Source: Natator depressus
Taxonomy: Eukaryota
Length of the DNA stretch: 64,000 nt
Assembly: GCF_965152275.1 (NCBI RefSeq)
Contig: NC_134234.1
Location: 39,394,920-39,458,919, forward strand
Direction of reading: 5' to 3'
The translations under genes were made by a program, and so were the position numbers. The notes under the pieces were generated by a model. The model saw only the letters and a program-made list of their open reading frames with translations. It searched no databases and was not told the DNA's origin. This document shows positions 45,185 through 56,779 of the stretch, one piece after another. How positions within the stretch are numbered: position 1 is the stretch's first letter; each line of letters begins with the position of its first letter.

Positions 45185-45540
45185 TAGGCTATGTCTATAC
45201 TAGCTGAAAACCATATTCCACCAGGGTTGCAGCAGTGAATCACAACTTCTTTTCCTAGTGTAAACACATCCCTTTAGTAAAGCATTGCTTCACTTTGGGC
45301 TTGTCTACACTTACATTTTATAGCGCTCTAACTTGCTGGCTCAGGGGGGTGAAAAATCACCCCCCTGAGCGCAGCAAGTCTGAGCGCTTTAAAGTGCTAG
45401 TGTAGACAGGCTCCGAGCTAATCCCCTCATGGAGGTGGATTACCAGGAGCGCTGGGAGAGCTGTCTCCCAGCACTTGCGCACGACCACACTCGCACTTCA
45501 AAGCAATGCCGCGGGAGCGCTGCCACGGGAGTCCTTTGAA
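45185..45540. repeat. Family-C (gtctacac-type) element with internal perfect hairpin (ctggctcaggggggtgaaaaatcacccccctgagcgcag)
   Basis: ggctatgtctatactagctg... start; ggcttgtctacacttac...gtgtagacaggc inverted termini. Confidence 0.5.
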
Positions 45541-45544
45541 GTTT

Positions 45545-45995
45545 CCAGTGTAGCCATGCCCTCGTGTGTGGTTTTTGGAGGGGGGTGAGGGGGTGAGAGA
45601 ACCTGGATTCCTGCAGGAAATGGCCCACCTTGATTATCATACACATTGTGAAGAGAGTGGTCACTTTGGATGGGCTATTACCAGCAAGAGAGTGAGTTTG
45701 TCTGTGGGGGGGCGGAGGGTGAGAAAACCTGGATTTGTGCTGGAAATGGCCCATCTTGATGATCACTTTAGATAAGCTATTACCAGCAGGAGAGTGGGGT
45801 GGGAGGAGGTATTGTTTCATGGTGTCTGTGTATATAATAATGTCTTCTGCAATTTCCACAGTATGCATCCGATGAAGTGAGCTGTAGCTCACGAAAGCTC
45901 ATGCTCAAATAAATTGGTTAGTCTCTAAGGTGCCACAAGTCCTCCTTTTCTTTTTGCGAATACAGACTAACACGGCTGTTACTCTGAAACCTTTC
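45545..45995. repeat. Family-A element copy (inverse orientation; duplicated loop unit + one arm + head)
   Basis: Ends ...ggtgccacaagtcctccttttctttttgcgaatacagactaacacggctgttactctgaaacc. Loop units ggaaatggcccaccttgat...ttaccagcaagagag repeated twice. Confidence 0.6.
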
Positions 45996-47815
45996 ATTCC
46001 ACTATCAACTGTTTGCATTGTGCTAGTTCCCTTGGAATATACCAATTCTTATCTACTCAGATAGGTGCTAAATGCTACATTTCAAGGAAATTTCCCCTGC
46101 ATCCTATAATTATCACTTTCACATAGTAGAGGGAAAGGGCAAGGAGGATCCTGGCTCCGAGTCACGCTACAGTAGCTCCCAGTAGGGAGTAAAGAGGAGC
46201 TGAATAGTATTGCTAAAGTTGCTCCGCACTGAGGGTAGAGAGGTTGCCAAGTATGCAGTTTTTGCAGCCCATTGGGCTATTTATAACTGACAGCAGCAGG
46301 GATTTTTTAGCAGTTGCAGGTTGCAGTGTTTTGAGCTATTTTGCTGCCCTGTTGCCACTAGCCATGCTGCTCCAAAGTTGGGAGGGGGACTTCTGATCTG
46401 CCTCGCCCCCTGCCCTGCCGAGATGTCCCACCCTGCTGTCAGGATCTCAGGTCTCAGCCCCCTCCTTGGGTTACATTTGCAGAATGGATGTAAGATGCTG
46501 CTGTGCCTTAGTCCCAAAACTTTCTGCTGCTCTCCTTCCCCATACTTGCTGGTGATCGCTGTGACTCCTGGCATTAAGAAGTTATTTAGAGGCATGCTCA
46601 CTCACAGAAGCTTTTTTGTGTATGGTGTCACAGGGCTTCTACACCTGTATTTCCCCTCAGAGGTTCAGCAAGGGCACCTGACACTCAGGCTTCCAGCTCT
46701 TGCCACTCTTGGGTGGAGACATGCATTTCCAGGCTGGACAGTTCCCTGGCCTTCTCTGTGTAATTCGTAGCGCAGTCAGTCTGCCTAGACAGACCTTCTT
46801 GCTTTTTCTTCAGAGATGGATAACAGTTAAGGTTATGATTTTGTCATGGTTATTTTTAGTAAAAGTCCTACACAGGTCGTGGACAAAAAACAAAAATTTA
46901 CCGGAACTGTGGCATGTCCATGACTTTTACTAAAAATAACAGGGTAGAGGGGGCTGAGTGGGGGGAAGGAATGACAGCAGGAGCCCCATGGGGGGGGACT
47001 GACAGTCCCACCGTCGTGGGGGAGGGGGGCACAGCCCCAGCTTCAGCCCCCGCTGCAGCCATGGGGAGGAGTGCACAGTCCTGACTTCAGCTCTGGCCAA
47101 AGCCGCGGGATAGGGGCACACAGCGGCGGCTCAGGCTCCGGCCCCAGCCAAGCTCCGGCCCTGGACGAAGCTGTGGGGAGGGAAGGTGCACTGCCCTGGC
47201 TCCTGCCACAGCTGTGAGGGGGGCCCACAGAGCTGAAGCCGTGGGTTGGGGAGGAACAGCCCCACCACTGACAACTGAAGCCGAAGTCACTGAGGTCTTA
47301 TAAAGTCATGGAATTCATTACCTCCATGACTAAATAATAGTGTTACAGCTACAGGTATAACTTACGACACAGTTCTTTCCAACCAAGCCTACTTTATTCT
47401 TAAGGATAAAATATTTTGGAGAAAACATATTTAAAACAATAAAAGAACCTACATGCATCTTAATAAGCTTACCAGGCGTTACGCCACCCAAGGGTTTTTT
47501 TTTGTAGTCACAAATTCCTCAGTTTCAGTTCAGGACAAGCACACGGTCTTTTGAGGTCTCTCTAGGCTAAATTCTTTCAGTGTTCCCAGGAGGATTGGTG
47601 AACTCCATGGAACGAGGTTCTGCCTGTTTGGTGTATCAGGAGAAGGCCCCAAGTCATTTTAAACTTAGGCTTTTTATCCAAAGGCCTTTTCTTTGTGGGT
47701 CTCAGGAGAATCCAGTTTGGACTAGTGTATGCATCTGTAAATCGGTTTACAGTCTTTGTAGGAATACCTGTAGCTTTTATTATGTTTGTAAAATAATTCT
47801 CTTTGCTTGCAATAG

Positions 47816-47975
47816 GATGATGAATTTGTTGTATACAAAACCTGTCAGGTTAAAATGAGATACATTGTTAAGTTTTGTCTTCCTGGAGACCAAATAAAGC
47901 AGTTTCAGCCTGGAATTGTGACAGAATTAGCGCAAGATCTGCCAGCGACCTCACATTGTCATTTACAACCCGAAG
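47816..47975 (+). CDS. PARP4: PARP4 coding exon 13
   Basis: Acceptor gcttgcaatAG; donor GAA G|GTGGAC. DDEFVVYKTCQVKMRYIVKFCLPGDQIKQFQPGIVTELAQDLPATSHCHLQPE vs human DDEFVVYKTNQVKMKYIIKFSMPGDQIKDF. Ends phase 1. Confidence 0.8.
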
Positions 47976-48483
47976 GTGGACAATATTTCTTGTTTGTAAC
48001 TGTATTTACATCATGAATGCTCTAGCTATTAATCAATAACTCTTGAATAAAACTGATCAAATACATTTTTAATATAATTTAAAAATTCTTTTGGATTGAT
48101 TTGCAGCTGTCACCACGAGTTCTTAACTAATATTGGTATCTTGGAAGCATCTGTTTAACAGATTTCCTCTGGGAATAAATATTGAGGCTGTTTTTCTCCT
48201 CCTGACAAAGTGCCTTTCAAGAGGCCTAGCAGGAAGTATTCTTGCATAAGTCATCAGACGCTCTTTAAAGAATTCACATTTTACTCCCTAAGAGCTAAAC
48301 AAAGGTCTTATGAAAGACCTGTCATCAACTCATGATCCCTCAGACAGTCTTTATCTCAGCAATAGAACAATACCATTGTGGGAATTCATAACAGACACTG
48401 AGTATTATTTTTAATCCATGTATGCTGAATTACAGTTGTAAACATGGGCCAAATAGCCATTGGTGTGTGGGATTGGCTATTAC

Positions 48484-48501
48484 CCACCACCACCACCACC
48501 C
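48484..48501. repeat. (CCA)n microsatellite
   Basis: Seen directly. Confidence 0.9.
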
Positions 48502-48550
48502 AAAACCCCAAACCAAAACACTAATCTTTCTTCAATTTTTTTATGTTTAG

Positions 48551-48675
48551 ACTATGCATTACCAAGTGTAAATCTTTTAAACCATGTGAAAACTGGTCTT
48601 CAGGACACATCTGGAAACCCAGTCCCTCTTGAAGATATTCATATCAAGGGGAGGATAATAGACTTCATAGCACAG
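48551..48675 (+). CDS. PARP4: PARP4 coding exon 14
   Basis: Acceptor tttatgtttAG; donor CAG|GTACAG. (D)YALPSVNLLNHVKTGLQDTSGNPVPLEDIHIKGRIIDFIAQ vs human EDYQLPDAKTSSSTKAGLQDASGNLVPLEDVHIKGRIIDTVAQ. Confidence 0.9.
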
Positions 48676-49196
48676 GTACAGTGCACTGTTTATTGTTAGC
48701 TCAACTTTTCAGCAACTGACTACTGAGAATTAATTCAAATTGTTATGTACTGTTGAGTCACTTTTAGAAAAATAGACAACTCAGTCTCTAAATGAAGATC
48801 AGTCTCTTACAGGTCAAAGTATTTTTAAAGGTAAGCAGACAAGTTTTATTTGTAAGTTCTTAGGGCAATGAAAAGATCAGTGAATTTTTGTAATTCCATA
48901 TTTCAGAATAATTTTTCTGCCTATATGTGGTTAAATCATTGCCAGGAAGAAAGTTGCTGCAATGGAATATGCCTTTCTTTTTTTTTTAAGGGGCTTTCTT
49001 GCCTGCCAATTTGATAACTAGGATTGGTGCATTGAGCTTACCAAAATAATGAAAGGCCCATCCCCACGGATGAGGGAGAGGCCCCAAACCCAGAAATCAA
49101 CAGATTACATGGGACAAAAAATGAAAAAAAGGGATGGAGGTCCAGGATCAAAACAACGAATCCAGGGGGTACACCCATCAGAGAACCGTAGACCAG

Positions 49197-49533
49197 TGGT
49201 TCTCAAACTAGGGCCGCCACTTGTTCAGGGAAAGGAAAGCCCCTGGCGGGCTGGGCCGGTTTGTTTACCTGCCGCATCTGCAGGTTCGGCCAATTGCGGC
49301 TCCCACTGGCCGCGGTTCGCTGCTCCAGGCCAATGGGGGCTGCGGGAAGTGGCATGGGCCGAGGGATGTTCTGGCTGCCCTTCCTGCAGCCCCCATTGGC
49401 CTGGAGTGGCGAACCATGGCCAGTGGGAGCCGCGATCAGCCGAACCTGCAGACACGGCAGGTAAACAAACCGGCCCAGCCCACCAGGGGCTTTTCCTGAC
49501 CAAGCGGTGGCCCTAGTTTGAGAACCACTGCCC
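49197..49533. repeat. Family-B subfamily MITE (TIR agaccagtggttctcaaactag ... ctagtttgagaaccactgcc)
   Basis: Near-palindromic over its whole length. ggccaattgcgg / cccattggcc / ggccaatggggg boxes. Homologous to 23757-24105. Confidence 0.7.
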
Positions 49534-50444
49534 TAGACCATGTCCACTGCTCCGAGGAGTCTAAGGAGTCAGTGGACACGGTCCAGAGGAACCGTGCCCA
49601 GATGCATGAACAGACAAGGGACTGGAAAAAGGCCCCACATTTGCAGAGATTTCCCCATCCAGCTTCCTCTTCAGGACTGATGAATGGCCATCTTGGATGT
49701 GCCAGGCAGTGGTTGATGAAAAGATCTCAGGACTTTGTGGGGACATAGATAGGGAGTGCAGAGAGGAACAGGTGTGGACATAAATTCAGCAGGAACCGCT
49801 GGCACTGAAGACTGAAATTCTCCATTTACAGAATAGATATTGTTCCTGGAGAGACAGCACAGGTTTCCCAAGTAGCCATGTCAGTAAAGCTTAACCTGGT
49901 TGGACTATCTGCCTTCCTGCCTACTCAGTCCTTCAGTCTTGAGGCTACCAGCACATTTGCAGTGGTGGTTTCTGTGGTGTGGACCCCTGTCCTGTAGACA
50001 CCAGATTGGTGATATTTGTAAAGTTAGCATTTTCATATAGCTGCAGATGGAAATGATTTTTATTTACTCTTCGCTTGGAGGAGATTTGAATTGGTGACCT
50101 AGAGATGAAAGACTCGATATTCCATTACCAGTTTCCTGAACCATCCATTCCCCCAAGCACCGGTAGATTTGCTACAATCACTATATGTATGTGTGTTTGA
50201 GGTATTCGTGTACAAATAGGGCTTCAGAAAGATAAACCAAGTTGCACTCTGCCTCCTAGCAACATTTTGTAGTGTGAAACATAATAGCACATTTATGCTG
50301 TTAAATTTAAAATAGTGAACTTAAACCAAAACCACTAGTGCAGAATGACCTATGGGAAGATATACTGTCTACCTGTTGTTTTTTTTATCATTATATTTTT
50401 TTCACTTAATAGGATTATAAAAGAGATCCATTTCTCTATTTCAG

Positions 50445-50576
50445 ATAGTAGTGTTTCAGACATACACCAATCAAAATGATAATTCCATTGAGGCAAAATA
50501 TGTCTTTCCTTTGGATGGCACAGCAGCTGTATGTGGATTTGAGGCTTTCATCAATGGGAAACATATTGTTGGAAAG
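50445..50576 (+). CDS. PARP4: PARP4 coding exon 15 (VIT domain start)
   Basis: Acceptor tctatttcAG; donor AAG|GTAAGA. IVVFQTYTNQNDNSIEAKYVFPLDGTAAVCGFEAFINGKHIVGK vs human VIVFQTYTNKSHVPIEAKYIFPLDDKAAVCGFEAFINGKHIVGE. Confidence 0.9.
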
Positions 50577-50822
50577 GTAAGATGATTTAATATTTCGCTC
50601 TTCTAGAGTGCTTTCAATCCCAAAATTCAAAGCATTAATGAGCGAAGACACACAACATTAGTGTTACTACTACTCTCACGCTGATTTTATACCATTGTCA
50701 CTTAACTAGATTTTGAGTTGATGGTGTACCACTAAATGACTCTTGGTTAACTGAGACAAGGTAGTTAACTGTGTTCCATATAAAAATAGTTAATTTACTG
50801 ATTTTGGAGCAATCTTTTGCAG

Positions 50823-50909
50823 GTTAAAGAAAAGGAACAAGCACATAAGGAATATAGAGACGCAATCAGTCGAGGTGATGGAGCTTACTTGATGGACCAG
50901 GATGCTCCT
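50823..50909 (+). CDS. PARP4: PARP4 coding exon 16 (VIT)
   Basis: Acceptor cttttgcAG; donor CCT|GTATGT. VKEKEQAHKEYRDAISRGDGAYLMDQDAP vs human IKEKEEAQQEYLEAVTQGHGAYLMSQDAP. Confidence 0.9.
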
Positions 50910-51519
50910 GTATGTTGAATGTCATGGTTTACTATGCATTTTAAAAACCCCAGACTGGTCACATTGTATATTAGTCGCTGAAGTCAGATACCAACAAATC
51001 AAGTTTATGACATTGATCCCCAACCCCATAAATACACATGTACTTCACTTTACGCATGAGAGTAGACCCATTGGAATTGTTGCAGAATCATGTCTTTAAT
51101 GGGAAGGATTTTTTGTTTTGTTTTGTTTGTTTTTTAAATAATGGAAATTATTTAGGCTGCACATTTGATCATTTCAGGAAATTCGTCAAAAATACCCACT
51201 GTACGTCCTACAGAAACTAGATTTTGCCAACTCTCTGTAAAATCCTCTTTTAAAAAACAATTTGAACTCTCTCTGTAAAATATTGATTTATGCATAGATA
51301 CTACCGATGAGTTTTGTCCAGACAGGAATTTTTTAGTAAATTGTTAAAACAGCATAACTTCTTTCCCTTTATCACCATAATTAGTTTTCTTCAAGCCTCT
51401 TCTCTGAAGAAATATAGAAAACTAGCATTTGTTTTCTGTACATGAGAAAACAAATGATTTATTGCTTTGGAAAATATATAGTTTAAATATGCAGATTAAA
51501 GCAAGCATCTCTTTTCTAG

Positions 51520-51684
51520 GATGTTTTTACTGTAAGTGTTGGAAACTTACCACCTAAAACTACAGTTCTTATCAAAGTCACCTACATCACTGAGCTTAGT
51601 TTTCAGAATGGCTGTATTACTTTTCAAATGCCTGCTGCTGTGGCTCCTTGGCAACAAGACAAAGCCTTAAATGAAAACACACAG
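51520..51684 (+). CDS. PARP4: PARP4 coding exon 17 (VIT)
   Basis: Acceptor tcttttctAG; donor CAG|GTTTGT. DVFTVSVGNLPPKTTVLIKVTYITELSFQNGCITFQMPAAVAPWQQDKALNENTQ vs human DVFTVSVGNLPPKAKVLIKITYITELS...MPATVAPWQQDKALNENLQ. Confidence 0.9.
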
Positions 51685-52478
51685 GTTTGTGCATTTAAAG
51701 TATAAACTTAAAGTAGCATCTTATTTGTTTGAAGCAGAAGTACTCCTCTAAGGGTGGTGATTCCACAACAAGTTTGAGGGGAGTTGCAACCATCCTCCCT
51801 TTCTTATCTTTTTACATGTTCTTGCCATTTCATTTAAAATTGATTCTAACCCTTATGGCTAAAAGCAAGAGCCTCCAAAAATGTGAACCAAAACAAAAAA
51901 TAAATCAATGTAGTGATGCCTGCCTGAATCTACTCGAAACAATAGCTCTAAGACAAGGTTCACAACCTGGGTACTGTGACCAGCCTGCCCATATTGTTAA
52001 AAGGAAAGTGGTCCTGACAACATGGGATGAAGGCCTAGCATGGGGAAAGGGGTTCCAGGATGGAAAAGGTTGAGAACCACTGGTTTAAAATATGAGTAAA
52101 TGTAGCAGTGTTAGTAATTAAGGGCCCAGGCCTATAGGCTGGCTACTTTGTATAGCTGGCCCCCTACACATGACTTCAGTGATATTCCATGTGGGCATAG
52201 AGGTTTTCCCACAGAGAACAGTTTGCAAGAAGGGACAAATGACTTAGTATGTTTTCCCTTTTTAAATATCATCAAGCTTACTCTCCTTCCCATATGTATG
52301 TGTAATTCCCATATGTTATACTCGCATATTGAGGAAAGAGTTAACCACTGAAAGTGAAAGAAGCTGAGAAAATTGCTGGGTGCTGTGCTACAGTTGCTTT
52401 TCTAATAAAAGCAAGAGTGGCACTAAGATCTGTATATTTCATAACAATGATACATTTATAGTTTTTTATTTTGTATAG

Positions 52479-52525
52479 GATACAGTAAAGAAGGTTTGTG
52501 TTAAGCAAATAGGAACAAAAAAGGG
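52479..52525 (+). CDS. PARP4: PARP4 coding exon 18 (47-nt micro-exon)
   Basis: Acceptor ttttgtatAG; donor AAG GG|GTAAGT. DTVKKVCVKQIGTKK vs human DTVEKICIKEIGTKQ. Ends phase 2. Confidence 0.8.
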
Positions 52526-53181
52526 GTAAGTAACATTTAATAAGATATTTGATAGTCAAAAATGATTTTTAAATAGTTTCCTTATTTTTGTTACTAACAC
52601 CTTAGATTCTTAAATGTGAAGCAGTGTGTAAAATTTAATTTTCACCATTTATGTGGGGTTTATGGCATTTCATTCAGGTTGCGTGATGAAAAGACTTTTT
52701 ACTTTTGATTCAAAACTGCTGCTCTATTTGGGTTACAAACACTACACGGCAATAATTTTTTGGGCAAACTCCATCTCCACCCCACTTCATTGAATATTTT
52801 GGATTGTTTGTTTCCTGAAAACATTTCCCTCAATACCAGGTTTTATAAAAACTTTGCATCACAAAACCTAATCCCTTGGGCCTGCACTACCTGAAAGTGT
52901 ACTTTTTAAATTGAACTGATTGTTAGCTTTTTCTTTTCGTTAACATCTTTAATAATTTTTTTAAATTATATTTCAAATTGTGAATTTTTTTCTTATAACT
53001 TAATACTTCTTGAGAAATGGATAATTATAGTTCTACTTCATGCAGTGCCTCTGCAGATATCCACTCGCTCCTATTCATGAGCTATTCTGCTAGTAGAAGC
53101 AGTAAGAGCTTTAATGGGCACTTGTGCTACTCCAGAAACTGAATTTTCAGTGTTGGAAACTACATAATGCCCATGTACATG

Positions 53182-54109
53182 TGTCAAGGTTCCTCCCCCA
53201 CTCTGAACTCTAGGGTACAGATGTGGGGACCTGCATGAAAAACCTCCTAAGCTTATCTTTACCAGCTTAGGTCAAAACTTCCCCAAGGTACAAAATATTC
53301 CACCCTTTGTCCTTGGATTGGCCGCTACCACCACCAAACTAATACTGGTTACTGGGGAAGAGCTATCTGGACACGTCTTTCCCCCCAAAATACTTCCCAA
53401 AACCTTGCACCCCACTTCCTGGACAAGGTTTGGTAAAAAGCCTCACCAATTTGCCTAGGTGACTACAGACCCAGACCCTTGGATTTTAAGAACAATGAAC
53501 AATCCTCCCAACACTTGCACCCCCCCTTTCCTGGGAAATGTTGGATAAAAAGCCTCACCAATTTGCATAGGTGACCACAGACCCAAACCCTTGGATCTGA
53601 GAACAATGAAAAAGCATTCAGTTTTCTTACAAGAAGACTTTTAATAAAAATAGAAGTAAATAGAAATAAAGAAATCCCCCCTGTAAAATCAGGATGGTAG
53701 ATACCTTACAGGGTAATTAGATTCAAAACATAGAGAACCCCTCTAGGCAAAACCTTAAGTTACAAAAAAGATACACAGACAGAAATAGTTATTCTATTCA
53801 GCACAGTTCTTTTCTCAGCCATTTAAAGAAATCATAATCTAACACGTACCTAGCTAGATTACTTACTAAAAGTTCTAAGACTCCATTCCTGGTCTATCCC
53901 CGGCAAAGACAGAATATAGACAGACACACAGACCCTTTGTTTCTCTCCCTCCTCCCAGCTTTTGAAAGTATCTTGTCTCCTCATTGGTCATTTTGGTCAG
54001 GTGCCAGCGAGGTTACCTTTAGCTTCTTAACCCTTTACAGGTGAGAGGAGCTTTCCCCTGGCCAGGAGGGATTTCAAAGGGGTTTACCCTTCCCTTTATA
54101 TTTATGACA
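53182..54109. mobile_element. Solo LTR (second copy; TGTCAAGG...TTATGACA) with perfect 5-bp TSD acatg; contains an internal ~130-bp tandem duplication
   Basis: acatg at 53177-53181 and 54110-54114; co-linear with 28360-29150. Confidence 0.7.
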
Positions 54110-54897
54110 ACATGTATGCACACAATGTTGCGGCAAAAAGGACTAATCCATAGGCTCAGGGGCTGGAGCACCTACAGGGCAAAAATGGTGGGTGCTGAGC
54201 ACTTACTGGCAACCCACCTATGGTGTTCATATTTTTAAAGGATGTTGGAAAAATTGGGGAGGGTACAGAGAAGAGCCACAAAAATTATTTGAGGGTTAGA
54301 AAAAATGCCATATTGTGAAAGACTTAAAAAGCACAATCTGTTTAGCATATCAGATACATGAGCAAGTGATGGCTTGATCATGGTGTGTAAATACCTTCAT
54401 GGTGAGAAAATACCAGGTACCAAAGGGCTCTTTAATCTAGTGGCAAAAAGACATAAAAAGAACCAATGGCTGGAAGTTAAAGCTGGATAAATTCAAATTA
54501 GAAATAAGGCACAATTTTTTTTAACAGTGAGGGTGATTGTTCCTATGGCTAATCTACCAAAGAAAACGTATGTTTTTCAGGAAGGTACTCTATATTTGTA
54601 CACAAATTACTGGGCTCATTACAGGAGTAACTGGGTAAAATTCTATGGTCTATTTTATACCAGAGTTCAGACTAGATGATCTCATGGCCTCTTCTGTCCT
54701 TAAAAATCTATGTATCTATGAATATCCTTAGTGAATCAGCATGTCCACTGTTTGGAGTGTCTTGGGGATAGAAACTTTTGCAAGGGAAGCATGGGGCAGA
54801 AGAGAGCAAGGAGGTCAGATTAGATAATCATGATGGTCCCTTCTAACCTTGAAATCTGAGTCTACAAGTCATGCACTGCTTATTGCCTTTACCCTAA

Positions 54898-55120
54898 GAC
54901 AGGGGTTCTCAAACTGGGGGTCGGGACCCCTCAGAGGGTCGCAAGGGTATTACATGGGGGGTCGCGAGCTGTCAGTGTCCACCCCAAACCCTGCTTTGCA
55001 TACAGCATTTATAATGGTGTTCAATATATTAAAAAGTGTTTTAAATTTAAAGGGGGGGGGTCACACTCAGAGGCTTCCTTTGTGAAAGAGGTCACCAGTA
55101 CAAAAGTTTGAGAACTACTG
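54898..55120. repeat. Family-B short MITE (~225 bp; TIR ggggttctcaaactggggg ... agtttgagaactact)
   Basis: Terminal inverted repeats seen directly; homologous partial copy at 17640-17868. Confidence 0.65.
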
Positions 55121-55245
55121 CCCTAAGAGCTGCGAAGAATAGGAAACAGAGACTGATGTGTTCTGATGGAGGAAGCATGGCATACATGCCAGATATCATC
55201 TTCTCCAAAACTGCTTTGTGTGTCAATTGTTTTTTCTTTTTTTAG

Positions 55246-55327
55246 TGGATTCTGTGTGGCCATGTCTATTGAAATGCCACACAGTATTGAACGCGTTCAT
55301 AGTTGGACGCATACACTTAAAATAAAG
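55246..55327 (+). CDS. PARP4: PARP4 coding exon 19
   Basis: Acceptor tctttttttAG; donor AAG|GTAAGT. (G)FCVAMSIEMPHSIERVHSWTHTLKIK vs human SFSLTMSIEMPYVIEFIFSDTHELKQK. Confidence 0.85.
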
Positions 55328-55728
55328 GTAAGTAAATCTTCTTGCAACTGTTTTTCTGTTTTAGTGCTTATGTCTTGTATTTTAAAAGGACCCTTTTATA
55401 TTTTTAAAATAAATTGCATATGATGTTTATATAGGACTCATGTAAACTGGTAATTCCATTTCCTTATATCAAATTAATTTTTTTTCATGTGCACTTTTTA
55501 GAATGGAAGTCTTTTAATCTTAAAATACATTTAGAAAAGTGCATTTCACTCTAAAGAAACATATATATTTTTAAATGAAAACCACCATCTTAATGGTAAA
55601 AAAACTTCAGGACATCTCATACTTAATGTTACTTCTTCAAGCCTGAGTTTTTCTTAAAAGCATGCAGTTTTGTACAATTGAATGCTATTTTGGCAGAAAT
55701 TGATAAATGTTGGCTTTTTACCCTCTAG

Positions 55729-55866
55729 AAAACAGACTGCAAAGCCGTAATCAGGACTGTGGAGAACAGTTCCTTGGACATCAGTGGCTTTGCTCTAGAA
55801 ATCTGGATTTCTCAAGTATATCTACCCAGAATGTGGGTAGAGAAGCATCCAAACAAAGAGAGTGAG
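55729..55866 (+). CDS. PARP4: PARP4 coding exon 20 (gene continues 3' of window)
   Basis: Acceptor accctctAG; donor GAG|GTACAA. KTDCKAVIRTVENSSLDISGFALEIWISQVYLPRMWVEKHPNKESE vs human RTDCKAVISTMEGSSLDSSGFSLHIGLSAAYLPRMWVEKHPEKESE. Confidence 0.9.
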
Positions 55867-56779
55867 GTACAACTGCTACTTCTACTATATATTATCAACT
55901 AATGGATTGGCTAAATTCTGCCAGGACATACTGCTCATATAAATGCTATTGACTTTAGTGGAGAGTAAGTCAGACCAGAATTTGGCCTGATATGGTTAGT
56001 TTTGTACTTTGGAAAAATTTAAAGAAATATAAGCCATCAATGTTGAAGAGAAAAAAGATTATGGGACAGTATTTCTGCGTAATTGTCATGAATATACACT
56101 TTGTACCTGACTTACTTGTGGTAATGTCTTTTTGATCAATTTAACAAATTCACTCTGTACAGTTATTCATCTTATTGATCTATGTGACCCTTTCCCTTCA
56201 GTTTGCTTTCATATTTTATTTAGCAAGTGCTCCACCCTTTTTGGTCTTTAACTTTAAAGTACACTTTAAAATATTATAAAGCAGGTACATTGAAAAAAGT
56301 CTATAGCTAAGTTTTCTTATGTACAGTATTAAAGCACATGCATAATAGCAACAAATTATCTCCTTAACTGTTAATTTGAAGCATTTTCCTGTTGGCCTTT
56401 AGAATTATATAAAGAAAAGATTTCTACTCAGATTTAAATCTGAAGAAAGTTATATATTTCACAGTGCACAGAACATAAATGCAGCCATATTTGCCAAATT
56501 CAGTGGGGAAAAAAGTACTGCAAGACGAGGGGTGAAATGCTGGCCCCTTTAAAAGCAATGAGAAAACTCCCATGGACTTCAGTGGGGCCAGGATTTCACC
56601 CAAAATGTCTTGAGGAGTGAGGAGGGAACTAAAATATGCAACTACTGTATTTGCATCTTTGCAGCCTGCAAGTACAAATTAGTAATAGTTCCTATCAGGA
56701 CATAGTTCCATTGAAATGGAATTTTCATAATTCTACCTTTTATTTTAGTTGAACTTTCCACAGAATCTTTCTGATATAA

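Noticed and set aside
47816-47850. Possible internal donor CAG|GTTAAAATG within PARP4 exon 13
   Set aside because: Human PARP4 is contiguous across this point (YKTNQVKMKYII), and the downstream sequence continues in frame; not used as a splice site.
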